Positions 23,882 through 37,511 of a DNA stretch of 64,000 nt are shown piece after piece (the stretch's first letter is position 1; each line of letters starts with the position of its first letter). The position numbers and the translations under genes were made by a program. The notes beneath the pieces were generated by a model. The model saw only the letters and a list, made by a program, of their open reading frames with translations. It did no database searches and was not told the DNA's origin. The stretch spans positions 275,652,001 to 275,716,000 of the forward strand of contig OZ024741.1 of assembly GCA_964016885.1 (NCBI GenBank), read 5' to 3'. The stretch is from Eledone cirrhosa. Lineage: Eukaryota.

Positions 23882-24357
23882 CTTAGAGATTCTGGTGTCC
23901 TCTCTGATACATATTGTAGCTGTCTTGCTTTTATCACAGTTGGAGATTGGTGAAAGTGTGGTATATTCTCACCTTCCTCACCATTTTCCTTTGTTTCTTC
24001 AGTAATTCTAGTTGGTGGCAATCCTGTCGGACTATTTTCTTCACTTGCTCCTTCCTGATTTGCATCCTTCTCTTTGGAAATGAACGAACTCTTTTCCAAG
24101 TGAGGCTGAATTGGAGGAAGGATTTCTGTACTCTTGCGTCCTCGTTGACGTCGTCGCATACGATTCTGGCGGGAAGTGTTGCCACTGATTTCGTCAGGGC
24201 TACTTGCTGTCTGCTGTTGGTCATAGTCTACCTTTGGTGGAGAGGTTGAACTTAGTGTGAGACTAGGAGAAGTGTGAGACTGATGGCGTGATTGCAGGCG
24301 GGGTGGCAAAGCACTTCGAAAGAGGCTGGACAACATGTGAAATCGTCCACTAGGAGG
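23882..24357 (-). CDS. HECTD2: HECTD2-like large low-complexity N-terminal exon (PPSGRFHMLSS...ERTPESL)
   Basis: tattttcag acceptor, gtattt donor, 476 nt open frame ending in AG that joins the single A of the next exon to give Arg; non-repetitive coding-like composition. Confidence 0.75.
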
Positions 24358-24446
24358 CTGAAAATATATCACAATAATTCAATGAAGTTATTAGAGGCAA
24401 ATTACACTACAAAATTTTTTGGCAGATATCATTGACAAAAATAAAT

Positions 24447-25872
24447 TAACCCTTTTGAACCAAACTGTCTGAAACTGGCCCTGGTTCTCTGATGAAAAAC
24501 TTTACTTTAAAGTGCTTATATTTATCTAAGCACCTTCCATCATAATTTTATGTAAGAACCTTTGTTAAGTTATGTTCCAAACCACCTGAAGCCACTCATG
24601 GTTTTATGATACAAAACTGTTTATTTTATACTGTTTGTATTTATCTAAAGAACTTCTACCACAATTTTATGTAAGGACCTTTGTTAAATTATGTTCCAAA
24701 CACCCCTGGTTCTACAATACAAAACTGTTTCTTTTACAGTGTTTATATTTATATAAACACCTTACATATTTTTATGTAAGAACCTTTGTTTAGTTATATT
24801 CCAAATAACAGCGGAGTCCTCTTGATACCACGCTATCTGAAACTGGTGCTGGTTCTATGGTGAAAAACTATATTTGAAACTATTTATATTTATCTAAAAA
24901 CATTGTATCATAATTTTATGTAAAAACTTTTGTTATATTCCAAATACCAACTTGGCCCCCTTGATAGCAAACTGTCTGAAACTACTAGTGGTTCTCTGAC
25001 AAAAAGCTGTCTAGTTTAAAGTGTTTATATTTATCTAAAAGCTTTCCAATACAATTTTATGTAAAACCGTTTGTTAAGTTATGCCTAATGTCTGTTCTAA
25101 GCTAAAGGCTCATCATGCTGATGCTTATCCCGATTTTGTTGGTGCTCAGCAACTTAAAGTACAATACTCTCCCTGGATAAGACACTAGTCTGTTTCAGAA
25201 TTAACTCTCCAGCTGCTACTGCCACTCACTCTCAGTTGAGCATACTGGAGCAACATGGAATAAAGTATTTTGCCTAAGAAAACAACACAAAAACCTATCC
25301 AGGAATCAAACCAATAACATTACGATCATATATCAAGCACCCTAATCATTAGGCCAGGCACCTTCATTAATTTATGCGCCAAACATTAAATAAACAATGG
25401 GAAAGTTAGTTATATTACTAAGTCCCTCTAAATCTTTGATTATTTTCAAAATTAGTTAAAACTCATAGAAATATGATAAGGAAAGGTTTAATACTTAGAC
25501 ACAGTCTTTCATTAGAAATATGGTAATGAAAGGGTTAATGACATAGACAGTGTCTTTTATTAGAACTATGGTAATGAAAGGTTAATGACATAGGCAGTGT
25601 ATTTCACTAGAAATATGGTAATGAAAGGGTTAATGACATAGACAGTGTCTTTTATTAGAACTATGGTAATGAAAGGGTTAGTGACATAGGCAGTGTATTT
25701 CACTAGAAATATGGTAATGAAAGGGTTAATGACATAGGCAGTGTATTTCACTAGAAATATGGTAATGAAAGGGTTAATGATATAGACAGTGTCTTTCATT
25801 AGAAACATGGTAATGAAAGGGTTAATGACATAGATAGTGTCTTTCATTAGAAATATGGTAATGAAAGGGTTG
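24447..25872. mobile_element. TTAA (piggyBac-type) non-autonomous element with internal and terminal tandem expansion
   Basis: starts TTAACCCTTT; ~120-bp internal unit x5; SINE inserted ~25100-25365; 48-bp terminal unit containing AAAGGGTTAA x~8. Confidence 0.6.
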
Positions 25873-25882
25873 AAATACAATA

Positions 25883-26402
25883 CGAGGGGGCTTCAAAAGG
25901 TTTCTGGTAAAAGTACAATGCTAAAAATCATATGCAAGAATTTTGATTTCAATGCACCTCTACATTCTCGTACTAATATGTCATAACATGTTCTAACATG
26001 AACCCTCAAATACATGTTGCAACACGGTGGTGCCAGTCGGATGTCAGCACCCGCTCGAGCAGCATGGCCTCTATCAAAACATCAGATTCATGGTGAAGCT
26101 AGGGTAGAAGAGCAGCCAAACCATTGACGCTCTGGAGCAAGTTTATGGTGACAATGACCCAAAGAAATCAACAACCTACAAATGGATAAGTCGTTTTAGA
26201 AGTGGATGAGGTTGAAGATGATCCCCAGTTGAAGATGTAAAAAAGGCTGCTTTGTAATGGTTTAAATCTCATGGCCTTCAGTTTTACACAGATGGACAGA
26301 AGTGTATTGACCTACATGCAGCATATGTTGAAAAATAAACATCATAACTTAAACCGTTTTTTCCAACTGTCCTTTTTCCATGAACTTTTTGAAGCCCCCT
26401 CG
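25883..26402 (+). mobile_element. internally deleted mariner
   Basis: TIRs CGAGGGGGCTTCAAAA, TA on both sides; remnants ALEQVYGD...TYKWISRFRSG and KCIDLHAAYVEK. Confidence 0.88.
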
Positions 26403-26812
26403 TATTCACACAACTAAATAAATAAAAATATAAATTATGATGCCCCAGCATCGTTTCAGCCTGTCGGCTGGAACAGGTATATGATCTATGATAAAATATA
26501 TATTGTTTTCTCAGCTAAGTAATCCATAGTGGGCTGACTGTAGTTGTAGATATTGACTGGAATACAACATATCATAATTCCAGAGCTGTCTTCCTCGATA
26601 ACCATAATTTGTAGTATCCCACATTTTAAAATCTCTATAACTGTTACATTAAGCAACGTTTTTCTTACTCATACATTCTCTACTGAATTTATTACATTTT
26701 CGCATTTTCTCATTATTAGGGTATAAATGTAGAGTTTTCTCATAGGTTAACCACTACCTTGATTAAATCTTAACCATTTAACATCTCAGGGTATGTCATG
26801 TATCATCATATT

Positions 26813-26856
26813 TTGTCTGATGAGGACGTACTGTTGTACCTCTGAAATATGTATAA
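26813..26856 (+). ncRNA. type I hammerhead motif, extra-U family
   Basis: TTG-T-CTGATGA-GGAC-GTAC-TGTT-GTAC-CTCT-GAAA-TATGTA-TAATAAA. Confidence 0.55.
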
Positions 26857-27014
26857 TAAAATTTAATTGATCAAAAGAACATCTATTTTATTAATATTTG
26901 TATTTTAATATTAATAACTCTGGAAAATATTTTCCTGTAGAGTGCTTCCAATCTACTGTAAAACTCATTCTTTGATATACTCATTGAATCTTGTTTAACT
27001 CTTTAATATATATT

Positions 27015-27063
<49 letters not shown>

Positions 27064-27211
27064 CAAAGGAAATGTGGTAAGGAACCAGGTGGACCATAAC
27101 ACACCAAAGTACTCAATACTTAGGGTAGTAGAGTGGGTAATAGGAACGAGTAGGACCCCGACGGCTGAGCTCAAGCCGTTTCGACGGCTAATACATATAT
27201 ATATATATAAT

Positions 27212-27546
27212 GGAGGCACATGGCTTAGTGGTTAGAGCATTGGCCTTACAATCGAAAGGTTGTGAGTTCAATTCTCAGACTGGGTGATGTGTTGTTTCCT
27301 TGAGCAAGACACTTTATTTCACATTGCTCCAGTTTACTCAGATGTAGAAATGAGATGATAGGGACTGGGGTCCATATATCATTCCATTGCAAAAGAGGTC
27401 GTGGAGGTGCCATGGTAAAAAAGCACCCAGCACTCACTGTAAATGAGGTTGGTGTTAGGAGGGGCATCCAGCTGTAGAAATCAAGCCATCCCACCCTTGC
27501 AAGCAGGGAAAAACGGACATATGATGATGATGATGATGATGATGAT
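27212..27546 (+). mobile_element. SINE family A copy
   Basis: same head as 9519, RTE-like tail. Confidence 0.85.
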
Positions 27547-27875
27547 ATATATATATTGAATAAATAGATGAAGGTGATACTGAGTTAGTAAACAGAATTT
27601 TTAAAGATCTAGCTTGAACAGATAAATGTTGTATGTGTATATATTTGAAGACAGCCAGCCAGTGGTTAACATGGACTGGAGAAATATATGTAATCTATAT
27701 ATTTATCATCTATTGATATAGATTATGTTACCAGGTTCAATATGTAGCTATAGATCTATAGCTGGGTTTGCTTGATGTTGAATGATTAGATGTTGGATGT
27801 TTGTGTGTGTGTTTCAAGAGGAGATACAGAATGTGTTAATGTTACCTGGAAAATTTACAATGACTACATGTTGAT

Positions 27876-28115
27876 TTAACCCTTTAGTATTTAAACCGGC
27901 CATATCCAGCCAGAATTCTCTCACATCTTTCTGTTCAAACCAACTGTAACTAGCCACTCATACTTCGGTTAAGGTATTGTTCTCAAAATATATAATATAA
28001 AAATCTCATAGGTTCGATATTATGTAAGATAATTATGAGATAATTATGTGAGATAAAGTATTTACCATGAAAATACAAGAGTAAATATAGAATAATGTAA
28101 ATGTTAAAGGGTTAA
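27876..28115. mobile_element. TTAA MITE (~240 bp)
   Basis: TTAACCCTTTAG...TAAAGGGTTAA; related pieces at ~50205, 50731-51047 and 57008-57154. Confidence 0.75.
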
Positions 28116-28159
28116 TGAGAGACATATTGTGACTGTGTTAATGAGAATGACATAAGAGA

Positions 28160-29220
28160 ACATGTTGACTGTGTGTATATACACTGTATATACAGTATAT
28201 ACTGTATATACAGTATATACTGTATATACAGTGTATACATTGTATATACTGTATATACGCTGTATATATACTGTATCTACAGTGTATATACACTGTATAT
28301 ACAGTGTATATACAGTTTATACACTATATATACTGTATATACAGTGTATACACTGTATATACAGTATATACAGTATATACACTGTATATACAGTATATAC
28401 TGTATATACAGTGTATACACTGTATATACTGTATATACAGTGTATACACTGTATATACAGTATATATAGTGTATAAACTGTATATACACTGTATATACAG
28501 TGTATATACACTGTAGATACAGTATATATACAGCGTATATACAGTATATACAATGTATACACTGTATATATACAGTGTATACACTGTATATATACTGTAT
28601 ATACAGTATATACAGTGTATATACAGTATATACAATGTATACACTGTAAATATACAGTGTATATACACTGTATATACACTATATATACAGCGTATATACA
28701 GTATATACAATGTATACACTGTATATATACAGTGTATACACTGTATATATACAGTGTATACACTGTATTTACAGTGTATATACACACTATACACACAATC
28801 AACATGTGTTCAGAGTGTATATACAGTATATGCACTGTATATACAGTATATACAGTGTATATACAGTGTATATACAGTGTATATACACTGTATATACAGT
28901 GTATATACTGTATATACTGTATATACACTGTATATACAGTGTATATACTGTATATACACTGTGAACACATGTTGACTGTGTGTATAGTGTGCATATACAG
29001 TGTATAAACAGCATATATACTGTATATACAATGTATATACAGTATATACTATGTATATACAGTATATACAATGTGTACACATGTTGACTGTATGTATAGC
29101 GTATGTGCATATACAGTGTATATACAGTGTGTATACAGTGTGTATATTGTGTATATACAGTGTATATGCAGTGTGTATATTGTGTATATACAGTGTATAT
29201 GCAGTGTGTATATTGTGTGT
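28160..29220. repeat. self-complementary (TATACACTG/CAGTATA) satellite
   Basis: unit occurs in both orientations; near-identical peptides on opposite strands (ORFs 28277- and 28304+). Confidence 0.85.
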
Positions 29221-29224
29221 ATTA

Positions 29225-30215
29225 TCACCATCATCATCATTGTCGTTTCACGTCCACTTCCTCTGCTAGCAAGGGTTAGACGGTCTATATTGACCAAGTC
29301 AGTACTGATGTCAAGCTACTGATCTCCCAGACAGGCCAGGGATCTGTGTCTCGCTTTATATATGGTCGATAATCCACCGAGTGCACAGGAGAAGTTGTCA
29401 TGACTTTGACACAACTAAACGCCCTCCTGACCTTTTGTTTGGCAAGCTTTCTATGGCTGGATGCCTTTCTCATCACCAACCACTTCTACAGCATGTACTG
29501 GGTGTGTTTATCATGTAGATCACCAACACTGTGGAGGCTGTCATGTCCTTGACACGACAGAAGTGTCCCCCCCAACCCTTTGATTTGTTTGATTGTTAAG
29601 CCCTCCATGGCTGAATGCCCTTCCAATTACAAACTGCTTCATAGGAGGGCAGCTGCTAGGAATGATGAGGGGAGAGGGGCATGCACAGCACAGTGGAGTT
29701 GAAGAAATGATGTGGATAACTGTTAGGGAGTACTAGTGCAGGTGGGGTAGGGCATGTTGGTTAGGTAGGTCAGGTCACATTGTATGCTGCAGGTTCAGTT
29801 CTCTTCAGCATCACATAACGCCAGCCGTTGCGGTCTTTAGTCATTTTTGTTGTGAGGTTTTGTTTTTGAAGGTTAGTTTTCACAACCTCATCCCATGTCT
29901 TCCTCGGATCTGCCTCTTCCATGGTTCCCAGCACCTGGGGTTTCTCTGCATTTCTTTATGCAACTGCTATCTTCTATGTGCATCTCATGTACATACTAAT
30001 TCTGTCTTTTCTCTTACACACTACATCCAGTTCCTCTTATGCCAAGTTTTACCCTCAGTTTTCTTATGCTATATTACTCATGCACACTAACACTACACAT
30101 GCACACTAACACTACACATGCACACTAACACTACACATGCACACTAACACTACACATGCATTGGAGCATACTTGGCTCATTTTCTTCTAGCCTCTGCAGG
30201 TCTTCTGCAGTCCTT
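29225..30215 (-). mobile_element. old RTE 3' fragment
   Basis: EDLQRLEENE and RKTWDEVV remnants, (GAT)n tail. Confidence 0.6.
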
Positions 30216-30714
30216 CCATCCTTCCATCCATCCATCTATCTATCAAAGATTTGAACTCAGAAAATAAAGGTTCATGTATATATATATAGTGTTGCAGAAG
30301 ACTAAACAACAACAACAACAGCAGCAGTAACAACAACTACAATAACAACAACAACAACAACAGCAGCAGTAACAACAACTACAACAACAACAACAACAAT
30401 AACAAAGACGATGACGACGATGATGATGCCAGCAACAACAAAAACAGTGACAGCAACAACATCCATAACAACAATAACAACAGCAACAACAACAATAACA
30501 ACACATCAACGATGACAACAACACCGACAACAGTGACAGCAATAATAACAACAGCAACAACAACAGCAATAACAACAACACCAACAACAACAACTACAAC
30601 ACTACAAAAGGAATAACAACAATAACAATAACAATAACAACAATGACAGCAACCACACCATCAACAGCAATAACAACAACACCAACAACACAACAACAAC
30701 AATAACAATAACAC

Positions 30715-31532
30715 TGTGAACAAAACATCCAGCACACACTGTAATGTGTTCATGTAGGAGTCACGACAAAGAGGACCCAGTTTATACTGTAAAGTGGTTG
30801 TGTAGGTGTCATGACAAAAAAGCATCCACCACACGCTGTAAAGTGGTTGTGTGGGTGTCAGAACAAAAAACACCCAGTCCACACTGTAAAGTAACCATGT
30901 AGGAGTCACGGCAAAAAGCACCCAGCACACACTATAAAGTGGTCATGTAGATGCCACAACAAAAAGTACCCAGCCTACACTGTAAAGTGGTTGTGTAGCT
31001 GTCATGACAAAAATCATCCAGCTCACACTGTAAATTGGTCGTGTAGGTGTCACAACTAAAACCACCCAGCCCACATTATAAAGTGGTTGTGTAGGTGTCA
31101 CAACAAAAAGTACCCAGTCCACACTGTAAAGTAACCATGTAAAAGTCACGACAAAAAGCACCCAGCACACACTATAAAGTGGTTGTGTAGATGTCACAAC
31201 AAAAAGCACTCAGTAGACACTCTAAAGTGGTCATGTAGATGTCACAACTAAAAGCACCCAGCCCGCACTATAAAGTGGTTGTGTAGGTGGCACAATAAAA
31301 AGCACCCAGTACACACTGTAAAGTGGTTATGTAGGTGTCATGACAAAAAGCACCCAGCATATACTGTAAATGTGGTTGGTGTTAGGAAGGGCATCCAGCT
31401 GTAGAAACCAGCCCAGAAACAGTTCTATATGAGCAAGACGGTCATCTGACCCAACTTGCCTCAAATGGGACAACCTGTCTAACCCATGCTAGAGTGGAAC
31501 ATGGATGTTAAATGATGATGATGATGATGATG
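30715..31532 (+). mobile_element. RTE 3' UTR with ~48-bp unit expanded ~14 times
   Basis: unit CACCCAGCACACACTGTAAAGTGGTTGTGTAGGTGTCACAACAAAAAG runs directly into the RTE tail. Confidence 0.8.
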
Positions 31533-32006
31533 AATAACAGAGACAGCAACAACAACAACACAACAACAGCAAGAACAACAACACAACACAAACAGCAACA
31601 ACACAACAATGGCAGCAGCAACAACAACACAACAATAACAACAGTGGCAGCAATAACAACAACAACACAACACAAACAACACTACACCAACAACAACAAC
31701 AATAGAACAACAAAAGCAATAAGAACACAACACTACACCACCAACAACAACAATAGAACAACAATAACAACAACAACACAACACAAACAACACTACACCA
31801 ACAACAACAATAGAACAACAATAGCAATAAGAACACAACGCAAACAACACTACACCAACAACAACAACAATAGCAACAACAATAAATACTTCCCTAAAAT
31901 ATATAAAATACCTTGGTCATTCTAATACCATATCATTGGTAAGCCATTTAGCAGTGTGATATGTCCAGGTTATCCCATGTACTGACTCTTTTGAAGATAT
32001 ACATAG

Positions 32007-32074
<68 letters not shown>

Positions 32075-32327
32075 GTATATGTATGTATCTATGTATGTAT
32101 GGATGTATATATAATATGTTACACTACAGCTTGTGTTTAATCTATGTGGAGTTTCTTTATTGCTGCTGATGCTGTTGCTACTACTGCTGTTGCTACTACT
32201 GCTGTTGCTGCTACTGTTAGAAGAGGGTGGTAGGGAGAGGGGACATATCCAGGATATCCCATGGACTGACTCTGTTATATATATATGTATATATATATAT
32301 ATGTATATATATATGTGTGTATAAATA

Positions 32328-32369
<42 letters not shown>

Positions 32370-32609
32370 CATACATATATGTATATATATGTATATATAT
32401 ATATGACAGTCCTATGCGAGCAAGACAATCACTCTTGCCTCAAGTGGGACAACCCCCGTCCAAACCCATGCAAGCGTGGAACACGGACGTTAAACGTTGA
32501 TGATGATGATGATGATGATGATGATATAAATGAAAATAGAGAAATTAATGTAACCAAAAAGCCGACAATAAATATATATATATATATTTATACACACATA
32601 TATATATAT

Positions 32610-32651
<42 letters not shown>

Positions 32652-32712
32652 ATATATATATATATGCATAGATATATATGTATATATATATGTATGTATA
32701 TGTATATATATG

Positions 32713-32743
<31 letters not shown>

Positions 32744-33102
32744 ATAAATATATATGTATATATATGTATATATATGTATATATATGTATATATATGTATA
32801 TATATGTATATATACACACTACACTACAGACTGTGTTTAATCTATCTAGGTAGTGTTTCTACATTACTGCTACTGATGCTGCTGCTGTTTTTGCTACTAC
32901 TGCTGCTATTGCTGCTGCTGCAACTAGAGGTGTGATGGTGTGGCCCTCATGTAGTAACAAACAGTGTTTGGATGGCTGGTTGGGTGGTTTGTGGGATGGT
33001 TTGAGTGGGTGGGTGGTGTTCCAACACACTGACAGCATTATGGAACTCTTATCTGACCACGTTAACCTCAGTACAATGGCATGTATATATAGCATGGTTG
33101 GC

Positions 33103-33245
<143 letters not shown>

Positions 33246-33259
33246 CATATATATATAAA

Positions 33260-33882
33260 TATGGCGGCGATGAATTAGTTTTGCGAGGTTTTTTATATGA
33301 AATCGTGTGTCGAAACATATGCTACCCCTGGAGGGAAATTAGCTAACCAGTGTAGAAAGGCCCTGAGAAAGACCCACTTAAAAATAAAGGTGGTAGAAAA
33401 GCCAGGAACCACAATAAAATCCCTGATCAGCAAAACCTACCCTTTTAAGAAAACCCACTGTACCAATAGGAAATGTATCATATGTAAGGTGAACCCCCGG
33501 ATAAACGGTAAAACTAGAAACGTAGTCTATAGCATAAGATGTACAGAGGGTACCTGCAGAAACATGACAACAACATACATAGGTGAGACAGCTCGTAGTA
33601 TAGGTGAAAGGATAGACCAACACTGGGGGGAACTAAAAGGACAAAAAAACGGGTCAGTACTATACGAACATGCTAGACAACAACATGACGGTAACATAGA
33701 CAACATAGAAATTAGAATAATATCTAAACATAGAAATGACCCAGCAGATAGGCAAATCAGAGAGGCCAGTGAAATAGAAATTAGAAGACCAAGGCTAAAC
33801 AGAAAGAATGAATGGAATAACAACAACACCCAAACAAACAACACTGACCTAAGAGAAGTATAAATAAGTAAATAAAATAAAA

Positions 33883-33913
<31 letters not shown>

Positions 33914-34350
33914 ATACATACACAAGCAAAATAACAACAAGCACATAAACACACACTAGTCACCCATCACACAGCAAACAAAACACTATACACACACGCA
34001 AACGCATGCGCAAAGAAGACAAAATAAAATAAACAAACAAGCAAATAAATAAATAAATATATAGACAGACTGAATAAAAATAGCGTAGACATACAATACA
34101 ACAGGAGGATAATATAACACCACTGACGATATTGCAGATGTGCAACGAAAGATTTATGATAAACTATATATATGTGTTTGTGTCTATATTGTATCTGTAT
34201 TATTTTTGACCGTCGGTCAGTCAATGGCAACATTGAGGACCGAGTAAGTTAGATTACCGATATAAAAGACACAGAAGCGAGAAGTGAAAACCAACCAAAC
34301 AGTGAGTGTGTTCTGTTATTAATTCTGGCAATATTACACAAATATGACCC
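33260..34350 (+). mobile_element. 5'-truncated Penelope-like element (GIY-YIG end plus 3' region)
   Basis: NVVYSIRC...YIGETARSIGERIDQH...RQIREASEI...PRLN; (TA)n on both sides. Confidence 0.88.
34118..34160 (+). ncRNA. degenerate hammerhead in a Penelope 3' region
   Basis: ACCA-CTGACGA-TA-TTGCA-GATG-TGCAA-C-GAAA-GATT-TA-TGAT, ~260 nt after the GIY-YIG stop codon. Confidence 0.6.
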
Positions 34351-34378
34351 TCCCAAGTATAACAATATATATATATGT

Positions 34379-34490
<112 letters not shown>

Positions 34491-34565
34491 ATATGAGTGA
34501 GAAATGAAATTTCATTTTTTCCATATATATATGTGTATACATATAAATATATATATATGTAAATG

Positions 34566-34659
<94 letters not shown>

Positions 34660-34931
34660 ACATCCAGTCCGAAACAAATGAGGTTGTGTAGGTGTCACGA
34701 CAAAAAACACACAGTCCACGCTGTAATGTGGCCATGTAGGTAACACGGTAAAAACCTCCCAGTCCACACTGTAAACATGGTTGGTGCTAGGAAGGGCATC
34801 CAGCCATAGAAAACCCGCCAGACAGTCCTATACGAGCAGGACAACCAATCTTGCCTCAAGTGGGAAAACTCCTGTCCAAACCCATGCATACGTGGAAAAT
34901 GGACGTTAAACGATGATAATGATGATGATGA
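34660..34931 (+). mobile_element. RTE 3' end
   Basis: matches the 3' UTR of 11711-15428. Confidence 0.8.
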
Positions 34932-35849
34932 CACACATATAAATGTATGTACATAACACGTTGAATTGATAATGTTTTCGAAAAAACTAATTAACCCGCG
35001 TGTATATTATTTTTTTCCTCCTTTCGTGGATCGTAGTTGTCTCCCCTTCCCGCTTCGTGTCGCTATGATACTTCCTCAGTCAAAAACTGCTGGAATTTCA
35101 AATTTGCCGGTCATTCGAGGCGAGAAGGAGCAACTTAACAGACACGATTTTTGACTGCGGTAAGAATATTTTCTTTCTTATATCAAAGTTTAATGGGCTT
35201 CCACTGATGATTTATAAGCGCCCACCTAAATATATTCTTACATGAATATATATTAGGCTTCTACATAAACTGGAAATATTCTCCCAACTTGTAGAAGACT
35301 TATAATGAAACAATTGTTTGGAAAGAGAGATATACTTTAACTTTAATTATATCTCATAAAATAATACAACTGGTTTTTCCACATTATACATATTGTTAGC
35401 ACCCCAAACACTTAAATTGGGTTTATATTTAAATATAACCTAATGTTTGTTGAGTGAGATGGTTACCAGTCAGAGTTTGGCTTTAAACTATCTCTGTTAC
35501 TGTATTAAATATGTGTATACATATATATGTATATATATACATATATAAATATATTATACATTCTCACACAATGGCATGTATATAGCTGGAGTGTAACTAC
35601 ACCCTCTCATGCACACACACACACATATATATATATACTGATGGAGTGGTATATGTAGACATATACATAAAATAGCCAAACATTAACTGAATGAATAAGC
35701 ACTCAATACTTGTGAGCATGGTGAAAGTTTTATTTCTGTGAAGAAAATATAGCAGTGACTTTGAAGTTTCAACTATATTGTGTCTTCAGACTCTCCAAAC
35801 TCTCCAGACTTCGAGGTCACTGCCAACTTTATCTTTAGAAAATAATACT

Positions 35850-36200
35850 TATATATCAAATGGCTGGAGAAGATCAGAACAGAAGATCTGTTGGGGCGAG
35901 TGGGACAGGAACCAGTGGCAATGCAGATTCTGTGGAGTAAGTAGAGCTATATTGGACATACCCTCAGAAAACAAACCAGCAGCCAACACCACACGCCAAG
36001 CCCTGACCTGAAACCCATAGGATAAGGAGGAAGTGAGGCCACCCTTGTGGCAGCTTGAGGAGTGACACCGAGGTTAAATTAAGAAAACTGGAAGCCAAAT
36101 GGAGTGGAATGGTGAGAGCAGCCTGGGATCATGTGCAATGGCTGAGGGTTGTCAATGGCCTATGCTCCATAGAGAGTGATGGGGCTGAATGAAGGATGAA
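35850..36200 (+). mobile_element. decayed RTE/BovB-like 3' fragment
   Basis: IGHTLRK remnant and (GAAT)n tail. Confidence 0.5.
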
Positions 36201-36614
36201 TGAATGAATATATTAATAGTAGACCTAGGAGGACATAGTATGGGGTAGTTGAAGGCCAACCTTAAGTGGCTGAAACTCAAAATGGAGTTCACAAAAAAAA
36301 AGTACTTGACAACATATTATGTTAACCACCAACTGGCATAAAATATGACCTGACCTATCCCTGGGCCTCTTCCTGCCCATAGTAACTATCTTTATCCTCA
36401 CTTTAGACCTAACCCCATTCCGACTCTCTACCCAGGACCACCTTCACTCTATTTAAGTCCTAAATCACTAGTTAATATCACCTCTGTCAGTCAGGACCCT
36501 TGTACATGACATCCTTAGAAGGAAGCACCAATGCTGGTCCTGTGGGATTCCCAGCTTCATGTGGGAAAATGTGGTGGGTATCCTATGACATACTTTGATA
36601 TCTTAAAGCAGGAT

Positions 36615-37092
36615 ATTGGTCAAGGAATCTGTCAAGGAACTGGAGATGGCAATGGTGGACAGAGAAGTGTGGTGGATATCATGTTACATACACTGACAAC
36701 TTGAATAAGGACACTGGTCAAGGAATCTGTCCAGCAATGGTGGATAGAGAAGTGTGGTGGATATCATGTTACATACACTGACAACTTGAATGAAGACACT
36801 GGTCAAGGAATCTGTCCAGCAATGGTGGACAGAGAAGTGTGGTGGACAGAGAAGTATGGTGGACATCATATTACATACATTGACAACTAAAATCAGGACA
36901 CAGGTCAAGGAATCTGTCCAGTAATGATGGACAGAGAAGTGTGATGACCATCATGAAATATACATTGACAACCTGAATCAGGACACTGGTCAAGGAATCT
37001 GTCCAGTAATGATGGACAGAGAAGTGTGGTGGACATCATGTCACATACATTGACAACTTGAATCAGGACACTGGTCAAGGAATCTGTCCAGC
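36615..37092. repeat. ~85-bp minisatellite, ~6 units
   Basis: GGTCAAGGAATCTGTC recurs at 85-102 bp spacing. Confidence 0.85.
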
Positions 37093-37511
37093 TGAAGATG
37101 GCAATGACGGTCAGGGAAATGTGGAACACGAGAAGTTTAGAACTTTGGTAATGGAAGGTTTAAAACCTGAAGAATTATTACACACATTATAAGCATTATA
37201 TTGTTAAGATGGTAATTTGAGTGAAATCCTGCTGCTATTTTAAGCAAGTTGAGCGACCACGTAGAGATTCCATCGTTGGTTGCATCAAAGTGGAGGAAAT
37301 GGTTAGAGAGATAAGGCAAGTTGGTGTTACTGGGGAACAAAGTGGCCTTTCACTCAACACTGATACAAACAAACAGTTGTCCTGTAGTAGGAGGAAAGGA
37401 TGAGGGAGAGAAGGGGAAGACGGAGAAGTGGATGAGAAAACAACAGTAACCATGGCAGCAGAAGAGGCAAATGTGATCTGAATTTTTTCTATTTCTACCT
37501 AATCCCGTGCA

